64,000 nt of DNA from NCBI RefSeq assembly GCF_009914755.1, contig NC_060930.1, one strand, 5' to 3'. The DNA comes from the human T2T-CHM13v2.0 reference genome, Homo sapiens. The notes under the pieces were generated by a model. It was not told the origin of the DNA. It saw nothing but the letters and a program-made list of their open reading frames with translations, and searched no databases. A program made the translations under genes and the position numbers. Positions 1 through 12,967 of the stretch are shown piece after piece. The number at the start of each line of letters is the position of its first letter. The stretch's first letter is position 1.

Positions 1-545
1 CCACAAAACGGTAGTACAATACCAGGATGTTAACACTGATACACTCAACATCCAGAACATTTCCATCAGCACAGGGATTGCTCATGCTGCCCTTTATAAC
101 CACACCTACTTCCCTCACCCACCCCCAGCTCCTCAAAATCACTAATTTGTTCTCCATTCCTATAAATTTGTCATTTCAAAATGTTATATAAATGGAATTA
201 CACAATGTGTTACCCTTAGGGATTGAGTTTTTCCACTCAGCATAATTCTCTGAAGATTCACTCAGGTTGTTGCATACATCAGTAGTTTATCTTTTTTATC
301 ATTCAGAAGTTGTCCATGGTGTGGATATGCCACAGTTTATTTAACCAGTCACCTGGTGAAGGACATCTGGGCATCTCTACTTTTGACTATTACAAATAAA
401 TCTGCTGTGAACATTCATGTACAGGTTTTAGTATAAACAGGAGTTTTTATTTCTCAGAGATAAACACCCAAGAGTACAACTGCTGGGTTGTTTGATAACA
501 TGTTTAGTTTTTATAAGAAACTGCCAAACTATTTTACAGAGTCAT
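1..545 (-). mobile_element. Old L1M (L1MC/MD-like) 3' fragment
   Basis: Typical antisense L1M 3' motifs (atataaatggaatta..., ggacatctggg, acaaataaatctgctgtgaacattcatgtacagg). Confidence 0.75.
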
Positions 546-796
546 CTATTGTCTTTTATTACAAAGCAATATATATCCATTGTAAGAAAGTCAGAAAATG
601 CAGATAAGTGCTCTTGTACATTGGTACCATTTTAGAGTGGATGTATATTTTTACAGTGCACATATATTTTACAGCTTATATATTTTTAATAAAAATTTAG
701 TTATACCATCCATGGTTTTGTCATATGATTTATTTAAACTTATCATGTATATGTTTCCATATCATTTAATGTCTCTATATTATATAAGCCTAAATT

Positions 797-970
797 TGTG
801 GTTCTCAACTCTGGCCATACCTTACAATCACATGGAAAAAATATAAAACATAGTCATGCCTAGGTCCTGCCCAAGAAAGCGAGATCCTGATTAATTGGGA
901 GCAGGTTTTTTAAAAGCTCTTCAGATTATGCATCATATATGCTAATATACAGCCAGAGTTGGGAGTCACT
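797..970. mobile_element. MER5-like hAT-Charlie fossil
   Basis: gtggttctcaact... cagccagagttgggagtcact termini. Confidence 0.6.
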
Positions 971-1038
971 AATCTGTACTATTATTTTAATGGCTACACA
1001 GCATGCCACAAAATGGTTATACTTCCATTTTTTTAACC

Positions 1039-1208
1039 CAGGCTTCCTTAACCATGGCGATGTTGATATTTTAGACAAGACAATTGTTTGTTTTGGGGGC
1101 CTGTCCTTTGCTTTATCCCTGGCCTTGATCTACCAGATGCCAATGGCATCCACCCAGTAGTGAGAATCAAAAATTTCTCCACACATTGCTAAATATTGAG
1201 AACCACTG
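1039..1208. mobile_element. MER20-like hAT-Charlie fossil
   Basis: cttaaccatggc...gatattttagac...ctaccagatgcca...ttgagaaccactg. Confidence 0.65.
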
Positions 1209-1730
1209 ATTTAACAACCCTTAATTATTGAATTCAGGTGTTATCTCTTTTTGGCTATTAGAAATAATCTGGAAAATTAGCTTCTAAGTTTTTGTTCACA
1301 TCCAATATTTCAGTGTTTTTTTTTTCAAAATAATTTATATGTAAATATACAAAATTGACTTTTTAATTTCTAATTTGAAACAGAAATCTTTAAAATAATT
1401 AGAGAATTCTACTGACCAAACAAGAGCCCTGCACAGAAGCAGTACATGCAAAGCCCTGTTAATATCATGACAACCAATATTAGGACATAGACATATGCTG
1501 TATTTCGTCTTCCCCTTCATTCTCATTGTACTTAACTGATACCACACCACTTAGCTCCTGAATAAACACTACCTTGTATTGTTTTCCAGTTGCTTTATGA
1601 ACAATCATATTTAGTATCTGCAAAAAAAAAAAGCAAAATACTCAATTAATTTAAATCCAAAAATTAAAAAAAAAATTTATTTGCCTTAAAGAGTCTCTAA
1701 AAGGCTCTTCCAGGCAATGCTTGAATTTAA

Positions 1731-2199
<469 letters not shown>

Positions 2200-2346
2200 A
2201 GAAAATTGACTTTTAAATAACATTTATTGAAGTTACTTTTATCATTATGAGCAAATTATGGCCAATGCAAAAATCTTGGTAAATTTTGTAACATTCAAAA
2301 ATGGTTATGGTGATGATATGGGAGTGGGAGAAGCAGCTGTATCATG

Positions 2347-2350
<4 letters not shown>

Positions 2351-2392
<42 letters not shown>
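2351..2392. repeat. (CA)21 microsatellite
   Basis: Direct read. Confidence 0.95.
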
Positions 2393-2398
<6 letters not shown>

Positions 2399-2474
2399 AT
2401 AACTTTGGGAAAAGCTGTGTGTATATATATATCTTTGGGAAGATACATAAAAAAAGTCTATTTTGGGGAAAAAG

Positions 2475-2685
2475 TATTTAAATCCTTTCCCATTTTTAAA
2501 TTGGTCACTTGTCTTTTTATTATTGGGCTGTAATAGTTCTTCAGATATTCTGGATACCCGACTCTTATCAGATATATGGTTTGCAAATATTTTTCCCATT
2601 CTGTGATTGTCTTTTTACTTTCTTGCTAATGTCTTTAAAACACTAAAGTTTTAAATTTTGATCACACTTTAAATTTATCTATTTG
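2475..2685 (-). mobile_element. L1M ORF2 3' fragment
   Basis: Minus translation KIFANHISDK...RISEELLQPNNKK matches the L1 ORF2p C-terminal region. Confidence 0.75.
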
Positions 2686-2914
2686 GTTAAACCTGTATAA
2701 ACATGAAAGGAACCAAGTTAATGCCGCCGCTGCCTTTGAGCTGCCAGGCATTCCCTGGTGGCTTCCATATACGTCTCCTCTCCTGGGCTGCAAGTAATAA
2801 CTGCTAATTGCCTGGCATTGCTCTAAAGGGATAGTTGGAAATCACAGCCTTCAGGAGAGGCATCTTTAAACTAAATGAAATGTTGTGTGGAAAAGGGTTT
2901 AGTCAGTAAGCTTA

Positions 2915-3350
<436 letters not shown>

Positions 3351-3409
3351 TTAGACCCCTGGTTCAGACTTACTGTACATGGCTGCAAGCAGGTAGAACT
3401 GGGACCAAA

Positions 3410-3600
3410 GGGTGAAGTTTACGAGCTTATTGCTAAATATAAAGACACATTGTTAACAAGTAGCTGAAAGTGCAATACACTGTCTTGGGAAGCAGGAGTT
3501 TCCATGGCTAGAGGAAGCAGGACACTGATGTGAGAGAGTACCGAGGGGCCTCAGCTTCTGTGCTGAGGATTGGACCACTGACCTAGTAACCTCTGAGAGC
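3410..3600 (+). mobile_element. L3/CR1 3' fragment
   Basis: Degenerate ...gctaaatataaagac...tagctg...tgtcttgggaagcaggagtttcc...ctagagg. Confidence 0.4.
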
Positions 3601-4263
3601 TCACTTGGTTTTACTATGGTCTACAATTACAGATTATTCTTTAACTTAATGATGATGTCTTTGAGCAGCTTTCTGGTCTGGTTATAAATATCTGCATGTT
3701 GGAGAGGAGGGCTAGTTTTTCACAGATGTTGCTTATCCACGCAGAACTAAATGACTAAATGAAGCTCGCCTGCCTAACATTGATTATTTGGTTGTTTTTT
3801 TTTTTTTCACTTTCCACTCTTGGAAAAAATCCATTCCTTTTCCCTCCCATCATTCCGCTGTCTGCAACAGCTCTGCCTCTTGCGCTGACTGCTGTGCTGA
3901 CTGGACAGTAAAGCCCCATGTTCCTGGGAAGCAAATGACCTAATTCTAAATTCATCTATCTGAAAGGCATAGTGCTTCTGCAAACTCTAAATCTTACAAG
4001 ACTTTGAGAAGTGGTTATGTATTTCTATTCTTTATTACCTGACAACATTATTGAATCCAGAGCAGTAAATCTATAGCCATCCACAGAAAGCACAGGAAAT
4101 GAGCTTGACTGGGCCTCAGAGACCCCTGAAACCAAGCCCAGGAAGAGACTGACATGGAGGCTTTTCCATTGGAGGGTGTGCTGGCTTTTCAAGGTCAGAG
4201 CTTGGTCTGAGGTCTATCATCTTATAAGTATTGTACAAACAAGACACTGTTGAAATTGAAAGG

Positions 4264-4714
4264 GTGTTAGTTTCCTATTGCTGCTGTAACAAATTACCAC
4301 AAATTTAGTGGCTTAAAAAATAACCCAAATTTACTATCTTACAGTTCTGGAAGTCAGAGCCTACTTGGGCTAAAATCAAGTATTAGCAGAGGTATGTTGG
4401 TTCTGGAGGCTCTAGGGGAGAATCCATTTCCTTACCGTTTCCAGCTTCTAGAGGCCACCTGTATTTCTTGGCTCATGGCCTCTTCCTCCATCTTCAAAGC
4501 CAGCAGAATGGCATCTTCAAATCAGACTCTGCCATGCCTGCTTTTCTCTTTTGGACCTGCTATTACATTCAGCCCACCCAGATAATTCAGGATAATATCC
4601 TCACCTCAAAATCCACATCTGCTAAGTCCCTCTTACCTCATAAAGTAATATATTCACAGGTTTAAGGGATTAGGGTGTGAATATCTTTGGGGGATTATCA
4701 TTTTGCCTACCCCA
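4264..4714 (-). mobile_element. MLT1 (C/D-like) MaLR solo LTR
   Basis: ttagtttcctattgctgctgtaacaaattaccacaaatttagtggcttaaa ... ttttgcctacc. Confidence 0.85.
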
Positions 4715-4997
4715 ACAGGACTAGTAATAATTCTACCAGGACAATACGAGTATACTGACTAGAAGCCAGGCCAGCTGGGATGTATGGACATGTGGTTCAG
4801 AAGCTGTGTCTGGACAATGACGACACATTCTCTGCCTACAGACACTATGCTCTGTTGAATTTCCTAACTGATTTTTAAAGTAGTTCAGGTATCTTGCTAG
4901 TATGTGATTTTAATAAAGAAAACACTAAGTCATGTGGAGAGAGAATAAATTGGAGTGGGAAAACTATTTCAACATCTGCCACATAAAGTGTGAATTA

Positions 4998-5190
4998 AGC
5001 AGCATGGTGTGTCCGAAACAGCATGGACTTCAGAGTCCAAGGAGCCTAGATTTAAACTGGCTTCTGTGTATGCTTTAAGTTATTTGGGCCAGTTACTTAT
5101 TCTCTCTAAACTTCAAGGTGATGAGATTTGCCTTATGGAGCTTCACAGGGGATTAAGTTAGATAATGTATAAAAGGTGACCAGCAGTGAT
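4998..5190 (+). mobile_element. MIR
   Basis: gcagcatggtgt...ttgggccagttactta...ggattaagttagataatgtat. Confidence 0.65.
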
Positions 5191-7129
5191 ACAGTTCTCT
5201 GCTTAAACATATGTTTCAGGGTTAGTAATTCCTGTCTTATTTCATTTTTGGACTATTAACCTTATTTTATGATTTTGTAACTAGATGTACTGCTTAACAA
5301 TTTTGTATGAGTTCTCTCCAACTTTTTTCCTGTTTGAAAAGGCAAGCCTGGGGTCTCATGCATAAAAATGTAGAAAACATTGTATTAGTCATTTTTGGCT
5401 GATTTCTTTGATTCCTTTATTGCTTACCATAGAATTTTTAGGTGACAACCAGAAATACAAAACATCTGAGGGTTGTTAAAGTAAAATGCCAAACAGTTCT
5501 TTCACTGTATGCCATCGCGTGCTGAACATTCTTCAGGAAAATAGCAGCTGACATGAAATATACAGAAAATTCCTTTTTGCCTGACATTTAAATGACGATG
5601 GCTTATTTCACACATTTACTATTAACATGTCAAGGCTTAATATTGCCACAAAATTGTTGTAATAAAGTTGAGAGTAATTTCATGAGAACATGTTATTTTC
5701 GTAACTTTATTAAAACAAACTAGAAACTAATAGACAAAAATGAACATCATAAGTACTCTCCAAGTCCCCTTTAAACACTTCACTTGGGCCATTGGTTTAT
5801 ATGGCTCTCCATGCTGAACAGGCTGAAGCCACAGACCATCCTGTTTGAAGAATATCTTAGGAAGATATGGGCTCCATAAAACTATTCTTGCATCAGGAAA
5901 GTGTTTTTTATCATACAAATAATTACTAAAAAAAAAAAGAGAGATTTCAAAATCAGTTATCCAAAAGTCAACTCCAACTATTCTAGGTAATGTGATTAAT
6001 GTGAATTTTGTAGGATTTCATGTGCATGTTTTCATTAGAAAACATTCTGTGTGTCTTAGTCTCATATTTATACCAGATAATTTTTAAATAATTGCTTTGA
6101 GTTACAAAATAATCAGAAAAGTTTTTAAATGTCAGCAGCCTGTGCTGGCAATCCAGGTGACATCCTATGAGGACAGGTGTAGAGCTCCACAGTCCACCCT
6201 GACCCTCCCCGTCAGCTCCTAAAATTATATCTATCCCATATGTGCCAGCTTCTCTTACTGTTTTGTTGTGGTGGTTGTTATAAGAGATTTGGCAAACAAA
6301 GTTAAATAACTCTGGACCTGAGGTCATTATAATAATATATTATTATGTATTAAATTTAAAAGAATGATATCCAGACAATATTTATTTATTCTGTACCTGT
6401 TATGTGCCAGCCACTGTTTTGGTGCATAACTTTTTATTTATAAGTGAAGATGACAGAAACACCAAAAATCACCAGGCAGATTAATGCAAAGGATAAGGTT
6501 CCAAAACACTAAAACTTTAGTAGACAGCAGTATCAACTATCCTTAACATCTGAGTCCCAATGCCAGAGAGTTTACAGAGACTGGAAACTTTCATTAAGAG
6601 TGGAATCTTTCATTAGACATGAATCAGAATCCTGAGCCAAGCAACCCTGTTGATCCTCTGTGTCAGTGAGCAATCTCAGTAATGTCACTGCACTTGAAAA
6701 CTAGGGCAGGCAGCCTCAACCTGTGGCAGCTGATGAGCATAATAAAAGCAATACTTCACTTCTTATTTTTTAAAATGCCCTCATAAGTAGCCTGTTAGGT
6801 TTCTTGTATGTAAAAATGACATCTTAAAAGGCTATGGATGTTAAGCTTATAGTGCCCAAATGTAATTAGAAATAGGAGATTTAAAAATTAATACTTAGCC
6901 TTTTATGACTTTACAATACTTTTTAAAGTATTGCTAGTGAGAAAAGAATTAGGGAAACTGGCATCTCTGAAGCCCAAAGTATTACACATGGAATACCAAG
7001 GTGGAAGAGCAATGAGCGTTTGACTTTGGCTTTCCCCTGCACTGTTAAGAGTACAGCCCCTTTTGAGGCTTCGTCTTGCTGAATAACTTAGGGTAAGTGT
7101 TGCTAGCTTCTAGCAGTGGGGAAGGGATG

Positions 7130-7624
7130 CATTTCCATGCAGCCATTCAGGAACCCAGGTGCCTTCCATTTTGTGGCTCTGCCATCCTCTAGTGCAGGAG
7201 TCAGAAAACCCTAACCTGTGAGCCACCCCCTATTTTAGTAAATAAAGTTCTATTGGAGCAGAGCCATGCCCATTTCTTCACATATTATCCATGGCTGCTT
7301 TTGTGCTACAATGGCAGTGTTGAGTAATTGTGACAGAGTATATGACCCATAAACCCAAAATAGTTACTACTGTCTAGCTCCTTAAGAAGTCTGCCCATGC
7401 CTGGGCTAGGCACTTGGAGTCCTCTGTGGGACTCCTTCTTAGACAGCCTGGAGACTTTCATGGCTGTGTTTAGAGTGGTGTGTCTACAGCCCCTCCCATT
7501 CTCTTGGCCAAAACTCAGTCACATGGCCACACCTAATAATTGCAAGGGAGGCTGGGAAATGTGGTCAATCTATGCAGGAAGAAAAGAAAATGGGTTTAGT
7601 GAACAAGTAGCTGGTCTCTGCTAC
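7130..7624 (-). mobile_element. MLT1J/K-like LTR interrupted by MER58A (7196-7403)
   Basis: ttggccaaaactcagtcacatggccacaccta...gcaagggaggctgggaaatg; nested gtaaataaagttctattggag...ggctgcttttgtgctacaatggcag. Confidence 0.75.
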
Positions 7625-8717
7625 ACTAGCAATTTCCATTTCCCAGGAATATGAGAAGGATTAGAGAAGTTGGGAATAAATGGTGAGGCAAGCCCAGAAT
7701 TATAGCCAGAAGCCAAAGTTCCTTGTACAAAAATCTATTCATGAACTCCACATCACAAAACAAATATTTTGAGCTCACGTCATCATGATAAGCTGTGAGG
7801 AAAGATTGAACGGGCTAGAGGTACTGCAGAAGTTTCAAACGGAAAGGATTGTGATTGGATTGGGGCATAACCAAGAAAAAAGCAGCTAGTTGTCTCCCAG
7901 GACAATGCCTGGAATGTGTTTGTCACCAAAATGAACAGCCTGGCCGTTCAGTCGTATTCACAAGATTGAATGGCAACAATCTTGCCCATTCAGTCTCCTA
8001 ATTTTGTCAGCAGACCTGTGTGGATCCGTCTTCCATGGACCAGAATATTAATAAACCAAACTCATAGAAATCAGAGTATCAGTTTGCTAAGATGTAAAAC
8101 AAAGATTGGCTCGAACATTAAAGGCTGAAGCAGAACCACTACTCTACACATCTCTAGGGGCCACCAAGGACTGAAGACTTTTTTTCAACTCTATATTTAA
8201 AGTGTTAAGAGTTGTGATTTACTCTCTTCCATGAAAGATGATTAACATTGTCCTCCCTCATTTCCTTGACTTTTACTGTACTGTTTTTATATTATCAATA
8301 TTTTAATAGTTAACTTCTGTAAATATAACCCCTATGGTTTTTATACCATACTTCCACACTTACTACATTTGCTGTACCACCAGTCTCTGAAATATAGGTT
8401 CTTCTTTTCTGAATTTATTTTGATTAATCCCTTAGGAGGCTGGATTTCATCACTACTGGTATTGTCAAGAGGCAATACAGCTATGTATGGTTGTACAGGC
8501 TGCACACAGTGCAATTTGACCATTTGTAGAGAATATGTTCCCTATAATGCGAAAGCAGATGGTCATCAAGTGTCTTGATTCACTGCGGAAGTGCTATTGG
8601 GTTAGCAGTGAGTCTACCAGGAAATGTTCACAGGGGTTGCATTCCTAAGTCTTTACTTCTTTGAAAACATGTCTACTCTTTAAATTCAAAGGATAATTCT
8701 ATCCTAAGTTGCATTTT

Positions 8718-8884
8718 TTTCTCAGAACTTATATATATATATATAAAAAATATATATATAATATATATAATATTATATAAGTTCTGAGAAATATATATTA
8801 TATATATAAGTTCTGAGAAATATATATTATATATATAAGTTCTGAGAAATATATATATATAATATATATATAATATATATATAT
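8718..8884. repeat. AT-rich minisatellite: 29-nt unit aagttctgagaaatatatattatatatat (3 cores) in a (TA)n tract, with an inverted copy of the core upstream
   Basis: aagttctgagaaa at 8779, 8808, 8837; reverse complement tttctcagaactt at 8718-8730. Confidence 0.9.
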
Positions 8885-8921
8885 ACACACATATATTTTT
8901 TTTCAGTTGAGCACTGCACCC

Positions 8922-9339
8922 TGATATGGTTTGGATGTTTGTTCCCTCAAAATCTCATGTTGAAATGTAATCTGCAATGTTGGAGGTGGGGCCTTGTGGG
9001 AGGTGTTTGGGTCATGAGGGCGGATTCCTCGTGAATGGCTTGGTGCCATCTTCATGGTAATGACTGCATGCTCTGTGAGTTCACATGAGATCTGGTTGTT
9101 TAAAAGAATCTGGGACTTCCTCCCTGCTCTCTTGCTCCCTCTCTCATCATGTGACATGCCTGCACCTCCTTCACCTTCTGCCAAGATTGTAAATTTCCTG
9201 AGGCCCCCACCAGAAGCAAAGCAAATGCTGGTGCCATGCTTATACAGCCTACAGAACCACAAGCCAAAATAAACCACTTTTATTTATAAATTATCCAGTC
9301 TCAGATATTCCTTTATAGCAATGCAAATGGACTAATACA
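8922..9339 (+). mobile_element. MSTB-like MaLR solo LTR
   Basis: TG...CA termini tgatatggtttggatg ... ggactaataca; 4/5 TSD caccc/cagcc. Confidence 0.9.
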
Positions 9340-9999
9340 CAGCCAGTCCTTTTTCAATATCGTGAGTCACTGGATTTTATCATTTAAGGAGTTGTGTGAC
9401 TTCCTTTTCAAAAATAGAGCTCACAAGTATTATATCTCAGGGTTCTCTTTGACAACATCTCTAATGTCTTTACATTCATAGGTCATCTTGACCTATGACC
9501 CATCCAACTCTCAGGAGTATAACCCCCTTGTGACCTTATTTCCCCTTGAACTAGAGGAGTTCAATTGCTCCTCTAGTCCATCACAAATCCCCAGATAATG
9601 GCAAGCCCCAGTGACTCTCTACCTCCCCAAGAATCTTAGGCAGTACATAATGGTTTCTATTCCTGACAATAGTTTCTTGACTGTTTCCTGAGTTCACCCA
9701 AACACCACTTCAATAAGTCCTCTCCGAATTGCAAAGTTTTCTGTTAATCTCCAGAGTCAGCCAACTCCACTTCTTTCCTCTGAATGACTTCTGGTAGGTA
9801 ATGCTGGGTTAGCAACAATGCTGATTCATGCTGGAATCTCCTAGACTCTCCCTTGACTAACTTTTCAAAATTTATGCCATATGATTAAACCGCTTTTCTT
9901 ATTTGGTTGCTACCAAAAATTTGGCTGGTTTTGACTTCAGAGTTCATTCCCTTAAGCACTGCTCTCCTCTGACTTCTTTACTCAGAAATACTTTTATTG

Positions 10000-10337
<338 letters not shown>

Positions 10338-10489
10338 TCATATATAAACATTTAAGCAAGAATTTGTGTCCATAGAGACAAATCTGAAAGGATGTTTATG
10401 AAAATGTAAACGTTTCCAAGGGCAGGCAGAATGGCAGCGTTGTCATGAGTTGTTACAGCCCAGCTGTGAATTCCAGCTCCACTTCCTAC

Positions 10490-10966
10490 CAATGGGTCCA
10501 TAAATTTGTTGTGCCATGGCTCAGTTTGGCAGTCAGATGAAGCCTAGAGATCTGTTTTAATAATGTTTTAAAATGTCTAAAATAAAATATATGGAATTGC
10601 AGAACCAACTATATTAAAATAACATTATCGGAATATTTTAAAATGTGATGATATAGTAATATACAAATCACAAGATCTAGAAGCAGATCTATTAACTACT
10701 GTCATTTCAAAGCAGTGATTAGCATAAGAGATATTTGGAGAGATGTGCAGCGATTGTAATGCGAAGTAAAAATATACACTGTGTATGATTTATGTTGGTG
10801 GAAAAGGCTAAAGTGCTTCTAATACCACTGAAGCTCAATGCCTACATTTGCAATTGAAGAATTGCTAAATGTCAGTTAGAGGTCAGTGAAAATAAGGTCC
10901 AGGTTTCTCATCCAGGCTCACAGACCCCACGAATTCTATACAGGGACCCCTGGTTAAGAATCCCTG
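10490..10966. mobile_element. MER119-like hAT-Charlie element nested in a MIR (~10425-11145)
   Basis: tgtgccatgg...tttggcagtc...gaagcct ... ggttaagaatccctg terminus; MIR halves on either side. Confidence 0.6.
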
Positions 10967-11166
10967 AAACAACCAGTTACACAGCCTCGTGCAAAAGTTA
11001 CATCTCTAAACTATAGTTTTCCCACCAAAGGGGGGTCATAATAGTACTTCTCTCATTAATTGTGAGGCATAAATGAAATAGTACATGTAAATCATTTACT
11101 GCAATATCCAGCACAGTGAATATTCAACAAATAATGCTGTTATTAAGGCTAGTAGAATTGTTAGTA

Positions 11167-11512
11167 CAATCAGCCCTCTGTATCCATGGGTTCCATATCC
11201 ATGGATTCAACCAACCATGGATTGAAAATAATTAAGGGGAAAAAATTACATCTGTACTGAACCTTATACAGACCATTTTTTTTCTTGTCATTATTCCCTA
11301 AAGAATACAAAATAACAACTATTTAGATAGCATCTGTATTGTAGTGGGTATATCGTAGTGGGTATTATATGTAATCTAGAGCCGATTTAAAGTATACAGG
11401 AAGTCATATGCAAATACTACACCATGTTATATGAGGGACTTGAGCATCTACAAATTTTGGTATCCAAGGAAGATTCTGGAACCAATTCCCCATGGATACT
11501 GAGTGATGGCTA
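11167..11512. mobile_element. MER2 (TcMar-Tigger) MITE
   Basis: TIRs caatcagccctctgtatccatggg / cccatggatactgagtgatggcta flanked by TA. Confidence 0.85.
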
Positions 11513-12797
11513 TACTTGTATTTCATGTTCTTCACACTTTTAAGTATTGCAGAACTTATGTATTGCTAAAACACTATATGAACATTTGTTACTTTTACCC
11601 ATTTTTATAATCACAAAACAATAAAGTTATTTTCAGTTTGAAAACAAAGCTAGCAATCCCCTTGAATAAGAAGGAACTCTAAATAGGAATCTTTGCCATT
11701 GAAAAAATGGACAAAATTATAACAGACACTGGTTAGAAGATTAAAATGGTTTATGATCAGTTTTAATTGACAAATATGAACAAAAAAGTCTAAGTTTTTC
11801 ATTGTTTCTGTTTTGACTATTGTTATATTTAAGAACTCTTCACTCATTAGATTGCTAAGTACTAACTTACAGTCATATGCCTGGTTTCCTTCTCATTTGA
11901 ATTATTTTAGAATAAAATTTTATTTTTTAAATAAGTACATTATAACCATTCTGTGAGTCCTCAGCTTTAGCAATGTGACTGAATTTAATTAGAATGTACA
12001 TGTTGGTGATCAGTTTCACACCCGCTTCCTTCTGGATGCTCATGAAACCAGACATTCCAGGTGCAGGAATGTAGCTGTGTTCCATTGCTCTGTGGAGGTT
12101 TCCGTAGTTATGAATTGTACTGGTGTTTCCTTTGTGTTCCAACCAATTCCATCTTTAAATGAAAGGACTGGCTTTATGTTGGAGGTCAGGACTAAGTTCC
12201 AGGATGACAGAGACCTCATAGGGCTCCTTCTCTGCTGGGTGCTGTGTCTCTGATGCTTACTGCAGAGCCTGGCACAGTAGGTGTTTGGTAATTATTTTTT
12301 TAATGAAGGTTTATTTTCACAGGAAACATTGAAGTTTAATCTTCCACTTTCTAGGCTGAACATTATCTAGAAATTTTCATGTTGGAAGCCAGAAAGCTTT
12401 TGATAAATGTCAACTCTATGTCTCAAGTTGATGAAACCAGCTGAAAAACAAAAATTCAGATCCCACACAATAGTGAGCCACTGTTTTGATTCATTCTTTG
12501 ATTGAATTGATAGATTGCTTAGGGAACATCTCAAGGGAACATGGAAATCAGAAAATGAGTTCAATACCATCATAACTGTATGCAGTGTTAAGGGGGGGTA
12601 TGAAGGAATGGAACTCACATTAAAGGCTTAACATTTGGTAAGAAATTTATTTGTAGAAAAAATAAATTTTAATATTATAGCTAATATTTAGATTTATTTT
12701 TCATATCATCCCACATTAAATTGTGAAATTAGTCATTATCACATACAATGTTTAGGCATCTATATTGGTAGCTATAGATATAGATATATTGGTAGGC

Positions 12798-12967
12798 CAG
12801 CAGTCAGCAAACTTTTCCATGAAGGGGCAGATTATAAATATTTTAGGCTTTGCAGGCCATACGGTCTCCATCACAACTACACAACTGCCGTGGACATGGC
12901 TGAGTTCCAATAAAACTTTATTCACAAAACCAGGTAGATGCCAGATTTGTTAGTTTTCTGACCCTTG
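12798..12967 (-). mobile_element. MER58A (internally deleted)
   Basis: cagcaaacttttcc...aaatattttaggctttgcaggccatacggtctc...ccaataaaactttatt. Confidence 0.8.

Noticed and set aside
8779-8849. Repeat-spacer-like array resembling a CRISPR
   Set aside because: The spacers are identical TA runs, the context is eukaryotic and there are no cas genes; it is a minisatellite
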